DNA of 64,000 nt from Eremomyces bilateralis CBS 781.70. Lineage: Eukaryota. Positions 58,580 through 64,000 of this stretch are shown in pieces. Position numbers and translations under genes: made by a program. Each line of letters starts with the position of its first letter. Position 1 is the first letter of the stretch. The stretch lies in the NCBI GenBank assembly GCA_010015585.1, contig ML975152.1, one strand, 5' to 3'. A model generated the notes under the pieces. The model had not been told where the DNA came from and ran no database searches. It saw nothing but the letters and a program-made list of their open reading frames with translations.

Positions 58580-59040
58580 TTCTCGAACCTGCGTTTGAAG
58601 GAAGTGAAGATGCGATTCCAGATCTCGACTTCTGGACATTTGAAGTCGCATCAAAAGTTGAAGGGTTAGAGATGTTGAAGCCTCAGGCAACGAGGCAGAA
58701 CAGCTAGTATGTCAACCACCACGATCTTTCTCCGCTGTGGCTGAAGACTCCCGCCGCCGGTGACAGGCGATTGGAATAAACATGCACCATGGTTGTTGTT
58801 CCAGGGTGTCTTTGATACTAACAATTCGAACCCGACGAGTCTAGCTTCTGGCACGAATGGGATGCCACAATCAACATCTGTGGGCTTCGCCTCCATGATA
58901 TGAATAGGAACATCTAGATGGTCACGGAGCTTCATCCCACGCCGTCGATGCCCAGCGGATAGCCTCAACCCAAGACTTATTCACGAGTATAGCTCGTTGC
59001 ACACATCTACACCGATCTGGGGATGTCCGCCTCAAGCAAA

Positions 59041-62000
59041 ATGTCGTCCTCTACAGCAGGCGCCGGCCTGTTCAGCCGCGGGTCGTCGGGAAAGGAGCCT
59101 ACTATGCGAGGTATTGTGCTCGTTGCATTTGTCATATTCTGTATTGACAAGGACTAGGACTGGTCTCCTTCATTGCGGATCTCAGAAACGCGCGAGCCCG
59201 CGAGCTGGAGGAGAAAAGAATCAATAAGGAGCTGGCGAATATCCGCAAGCAGTTCAAGGACGGCAAACTCAACGGCTACCAGAAGAAGAAATATGTCTGC
59301 AAGCTCCTCTACATCTACATCCTCGGATGGGAAGTCGACTTTGGCCACCTCGAAGCTGTCAATCTGGTCTCGTCGACGAAATACTCGGAGAAACAAATCG
59401 GATACCTGGCGGTGACGCTCTTCCTTCACGAACAACATGACTTGGTCCCGCTGGTGGTCAACAGCATCCGGAAAGACTTGATGGACCATAACGAATTGAA
59501 CAACTGCTTGGCGCTTCATGCGATTGCAAACATTGGCGGAAGGGAAATGGGCGAGTCTCTTAGCGCAGATGTCCATCGCTTGATGATCTCTCCGTAAGGA
59601 CATCTCCTCCTGCGGCGGTGCTGGTGCTAATTCCCCTTTAGAACTTCGAAATCGTTTGTGAAAAAGAAAGCGGCCTTGACACTTCTTCGACTATATCGTA
59701 AATTCCCGGAAATTGTTCAGAACGAATGGGCGGAAAGAATAATATCGCTGATGGATGACCCCGATATGGGCGTTGCCCTCTCTGTGACTTCTTTTGTCAT
59801 GGCTCTGGTTCAAGAAAGTCCAGAGCAGTACAAAGGGAGCTACGTAAAGGCTGCAAGAAGATTAAAGAGCATTGTCGTCGACCTGGAGTGCGCCCCGGAT
59901 TATCTTTACTATAATGTTCCTTGTCCCTGGATACAAGTCAAGTTGATGAGGTTGCTGCAATACTTCCCTCCTTCAAGTACGTATCACGCAACATTTGGGC
60001 CTCATAAAGCTAACAGTATTAGATGATACCCACATTCGCGACCTAATCAGAGATTCTTTGCGTGGCATATTAGATTCCACCATGTCAACGCCTAAAAACG
60101 TGCAGCAGAACAATGCGCAGAATGCTGTTCTCTTCGAGGCCATTAACTTGACGATACACCTTGATACGGAGCGCGACCTGATGCTTCGGATATCATCCCA
60201 CCTTGGAAAGTTTATACAGGCAAGGGAGACAAATGTTCGATACCTAGGACTCGAGGCGATGACCCACCTGGCAGCCCGGAGCGAGAACCTGGATCCAATC
60301 AAGAAACACCAAAACATCATTATCGGCTCCTTGCGAGATCGAGATATTAGTGTACGTCGGCAAGGGTTGGACTTGCTGTACAGCATGTGCGACGCAACAA
60401 ATTCACAAGCCATCGTCACCGAGCTGCTCAAGTACCTTCAGAGTGCGGACTATGCCATCCGAGAGGAGATGGTTTTGAAGATCGCGATTCTCGCGGAGAA
60501 GTACGCCACTAACATCCAATGGTATGTCAACGTCTCGCTCAAGTTGATCTCCATGGCCGGCGATCATGTCAGCGATGAAGTATGGCAGCGGATCATCCAG
60601 ATCGTGACCAACAACGAAGAGCTCCAGGTGTACGCGGCGCAAAGTATTCTGAATTACGTCAAGCAAGACCACTGTCATGAAACCATTGTCAAAATTGGGG
60701 GCTACCTGCTCGGCGAATTCGGACATCTCATTTCAGAGAATCCGGGCTGCAGTCCGATAGAACAGTTCATGGTCCTGCAGTCGAAAATGCAAGGATGTTC
60801 GTCCAGCACCCGAGCCATTATCCTCTCCAGTTTCGTCAAATTCGTCAATCTGTTCCCCGAAATCAAACCTCAGCTCCTACAGGTTTTTAAGACCTACAGC
60901 CACTCTCTTGAGTCCGAGCTACAGCAAAGAGCATGCGAATATCTTGCGCTTGCGGAGCTTCCGACAGATGATCTCCTTCGGACGGTATGCGACGAGATGC
61001 CCCCATTCCCAGAACGAGCGTCGGCTCTGCTGTCTCGGCTGCATAAAAAACATGCCAAATCAAGCGACCGACGCACATGGGTCGTTGGTGGAAAGGACGC
61101 CAACGTGGATTCCAAGGAGTTCAACCTTGTTCAGAACACCGGGCTCAAGCGGTCGTTCACAAACGCATCGCCCATTCAGGCTCGACCCGGAAATGGTATC
61201 CCTGCTTCCAACGGCAAGGCCACAAATGGGACGTTCTCCAACGGACACGAGCTTGCTGGCTTGGATATGTCCGAATCAGCCCCCAACCTCGCCAGCACAA
61301 CCCACCTCAGTCCAGACTGGGAAGTGGGCTACAATCGGATGTTGCTCCGTTCGGAAGGAATTCTCTACGAAGATGCTCAAGTACAAATCGGACTGCGTAC
61401 CGAATATCGCGCCGACCGCGGCTGCGTCATTCTTTACTTCAGCAACAAGTCCTCATACTCAATAGGATCGTTCACGACAACGCTGGACAACCGTTCGGCA
61501 GAGAACCTGAGCTCCGACATCAAGAGTCTGCCTGAACCTAACATTGCACCGGAGGGTCAATCGCAGCAGATGATCATGTTCGAGGCCAAGAACGTCTTCT
61601 CCGACCCGCCGACAATTCGGATATCATACCTTGCTGGTGCCCTGCAGGCTCTTACCTTGCAGCTCCCCGTCGTGTTGCCCAAGTACATGGACCCAGCCGA
61701 GTTGTCCGGCGACGACTTCTTCAAGCGATGGAAGCAGATCGGCGGCGGGACTCGGGAAGCCCAGAAGATTATCCATGTGACGTCGAGAGACGGGAGGGTT
61801 ACTCCGGAATCTACCAGAAAGATCGTGGAAGGGTTCAAATGGGGCATTCTCGATGGAGTCGATCCTAATGCGAAGAATATCGTCGGGGCAACGGTGGTGC
61901 ACACGAGTGCAGGAGGGAAGTTCGGTTGCCTCATGCGCCTGGAACCCAACTATGAGTCGAAGGTAGGTTTGGTGCTCTGAAAGTCTTGCACGGAATACTG

Positions 62001-62101
62001 ACGTAGTCTAGATGTATCGGCTCACGATTCGGGCAACAGACGAGGGTGTTCCGCCGGTTCTGATGAAGATACTGGAGCAACGCTTGTCGCAGGGGTCATG
62101 A
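59041..62101 (+). CDS. APL3: AP-2 adaptor complex alpha subunit; introns 59111-59157, 59594-59641, 59977-60022, 61963-62011
   Basis: MR|GLVSFIADLRNARARELEEKRINKELANIR, YQKKKYVCKLLYIYILG, VKKKAALTLLRLYRK, ETNVRYLGLE, ELQQRACEY, appendage GCLMRLEPNYESK|MYRLTIRAT. Confidence 0.97.
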
Positions 62102-62324
62102 TAGGATGGAAACTGTCATATCATATTTGGGCAGCATTGCCTACATATCAAGAACGTTGTTTACTAGCCTTTTTGGTGCGACATAATTGCGAGGGGTCGT
62201 ACCCCGGGACTGGTGGAAAATGACTTGAGCGACGTGATAGGTACTCAGGAAACATTGTGGTGATTAATCTCCTTCTTTGTTCATAGTTTTCATATTCATC
62301 TCACTCATGAGAAGAGCTATGCGG

Positions 62325-63232
62325 TCATGACGGCTGGGATTCCGAAGCATCCTCTCGAACCTTGGCCTCCTTTCTCGGTGGCCTTTCCCCGAATATCGTA
62401 CTCCCTACCCTCACTTCGCTACTGCCCATTGCAATTGCACCTTCATAATCGGAGCTCATTCCCATGGACAAATCTAGGTCCTCGGGCTTCAGCCCTAGCT
62501 TGGAAGCAACTTCGTCCCGCGTGCTCCGCAATGTGATGAAATCTTCGTTTTCATTCTCCAGCGTGGTAGCAACTGACCGTGCAATCGAGCCGATCGTCAT
62601 TAGCCCGGATAGACGCAGATGCGGACATGAAGAGATGATATGTTGGCATAGAGCCGGTGTCTCGCTCGGCTCGCAGCCACTCTTATTCCTCTCCCCAGAT
62701 GTGTTGACCTGGACAAGCACGCGTAGCTTTTCATCCAATTCCTCCGGCTTGCTCTCATTCTCCGTTTTCTGAGCATTAGGTGAGTTGGCCAACGCGGCCC
62801 GTCCCTTCTCGAGAGCATCCGCCTTCTTTACCTCATCTACGCTAGAGACACACCATAGGTTCGGGATGCGCTCGGCAAGCGGCTTGCACTTGTTCGTCTG
62901 TAGTCCTCCGATGAAGTGCCATTTTATCGATCGGGGAAGGATCGCCGCCTTCTCCTGCAACTCCTGCACATAGTTCTCGCCGAAATGCGATTGCGGGTTG
63001 GACGATGCAGTATGTAATGCGAGGATGTCATTTGCTGGCTTGAGTTTTGAAACAGCCACGAGGCGCACCTGAATTTACACATGTCAGCCAATTTCCATGT
63101 GTTGAAGAATGCTATTCGTGATTCAAATACCTGCTTACCCTTGCTGGCACGGTTTATGCTCTTGAGCACTTGGGCTATGTTCTCGCTCAACTGAGCGGTT
63201 CGTTGCGGATTGATCTGCATGTCGGATGCCAT
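62325..63232 (-). CDS. PLPBP: Pyridoxal phosphate homeostasis protein (YggS/PROSC/PLPBP); intron 63069-63130
   Basis: VRLVAVSKLKP, HFGENYVQEL, WHFIGGLQTNK, VQVNTSGE, GLMTIG, LSMGMSSDY, VRVGSTIFG. Confidence 0.95.
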
Positions 63233-63639
63233 TGTTCTGGGGAAATCTCACATCAGGGTAGCCCTGCAACAGATCCTTTGAGCGCTAAGATAATTGTCGC
63301 ATGAGACTGTTTAATGCATGGGCTGTAGTAGATGTAGATACTTCAATTGTTGATCCGCTGATGAACTCCACTGTCTATGATATGGTACTTGGACGCACGT
63401 GACTAGATCTTTCCTCATTCCGGTTTTGATATTGCTTTGAAATTCAACTTTTATAAAAGGTTTTTTTCGTAAATAGGCTTTGGTGTAAACACTAGACACC
63501 CACTCGTCTATCGTCGACAGTTATCTGACTCCTGATGCGCCTTATTCCAGAAAGCTGGTGGAGTCGTGATCCGTACCACAAGCATTTACCTGGAGCATAT
63601 CATTAACTATTATTACCATATGGTTAACTACCCCTATTT

Positions 63640-64000
63640 GCCTTGAACAGTTCAACTTTAGACAACGACAAACGTCATCAAGCTGTGCGCTATCTATCCA
63701 AGCCGGCGAACCTATCATCCCCATCCCCACTCTCCTAAACTTCTTTGAACCCTGCTCCGCAGGTTCCAATATGGATAGCAATATCCAATGCATCGTAGCG
63801 CCCCGTCCATTATACTCAGGCGTGAAGCCTCCTTTCTCCTTCTTGCATAAGATTTAGGATAAACTATCTCTGACGACCATGACTCTACTCCTAAGTCTCT
63901 AGGGTCTCTTAGTCCTCTCACTTCCCGGCCCTTTATCTCTGATTCCGAAGGATGAATTCGATACCTGTCTGGCTCGTCACGAAGTGATGCGTTGACGCAA
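63640..64000 (-). pseudogene. Possible frameshifted 3' remnant of a HET-domain-type protein running off the window
   Basis: ILLSILEPAEQGSKKFRRVGMGMIG..W resembles the C-terminal L-x-L-E-P...F-R-R-V-G motif of fungal HET proteins. That frame is closed upstream while another frame stays open to the window edge. Confidence 0.35.

Overview
Eukaryotic DNA from a filamentous ascomycete (Pezizomycotina), judged from short GT-AG introns with CTRAC branch sites and fungal protein families. About 27 host genes could be rebuilt by hand-splicing. Housekeeping genes: a Rab-family GTPase, COX14-domain protein, EMC10, Bem4/SmgGDS-like protein, VIP1/Asp1, a Ptp2/Pyp1-type phosphatase, Tda10-like kinase, Nop8-like RRM protein, DPM3, Crd2-like metallothionein, Brr6/Brl1, mL50, AP-2 alpha adaptin and PLPBP. 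An accessory-looking block at about 3.3-15.4 kb holds an MDR oxidoreductase, Zn2Cys6 TF, cupin, guanine deaminase, an intact Fot1/pogo transposon, an FMN reductase and an orphan. There is one clear MYND zinc-finger pseudogene and a possible HET-type remnant. Most notable observations: (1) two Tc1-like non-autonomous elements joined tail-to-tail into a fold-back, with no TA at any end and G(A/T)C-like triplets instead; (2) a recurrent C-rich to G-rich flip of the sense strand inside many ORFs; (3) a PTS2-containing 43-aa alternative N-terminus on the MDR enzyme; (4) a potentially active Fot1-like element with asymmetric ends; (5) a TGA-CTAG readthrough context. No rRNA, tRNA or CRISPR array was recognised. 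All family calls come from motif recognition, not database searches.
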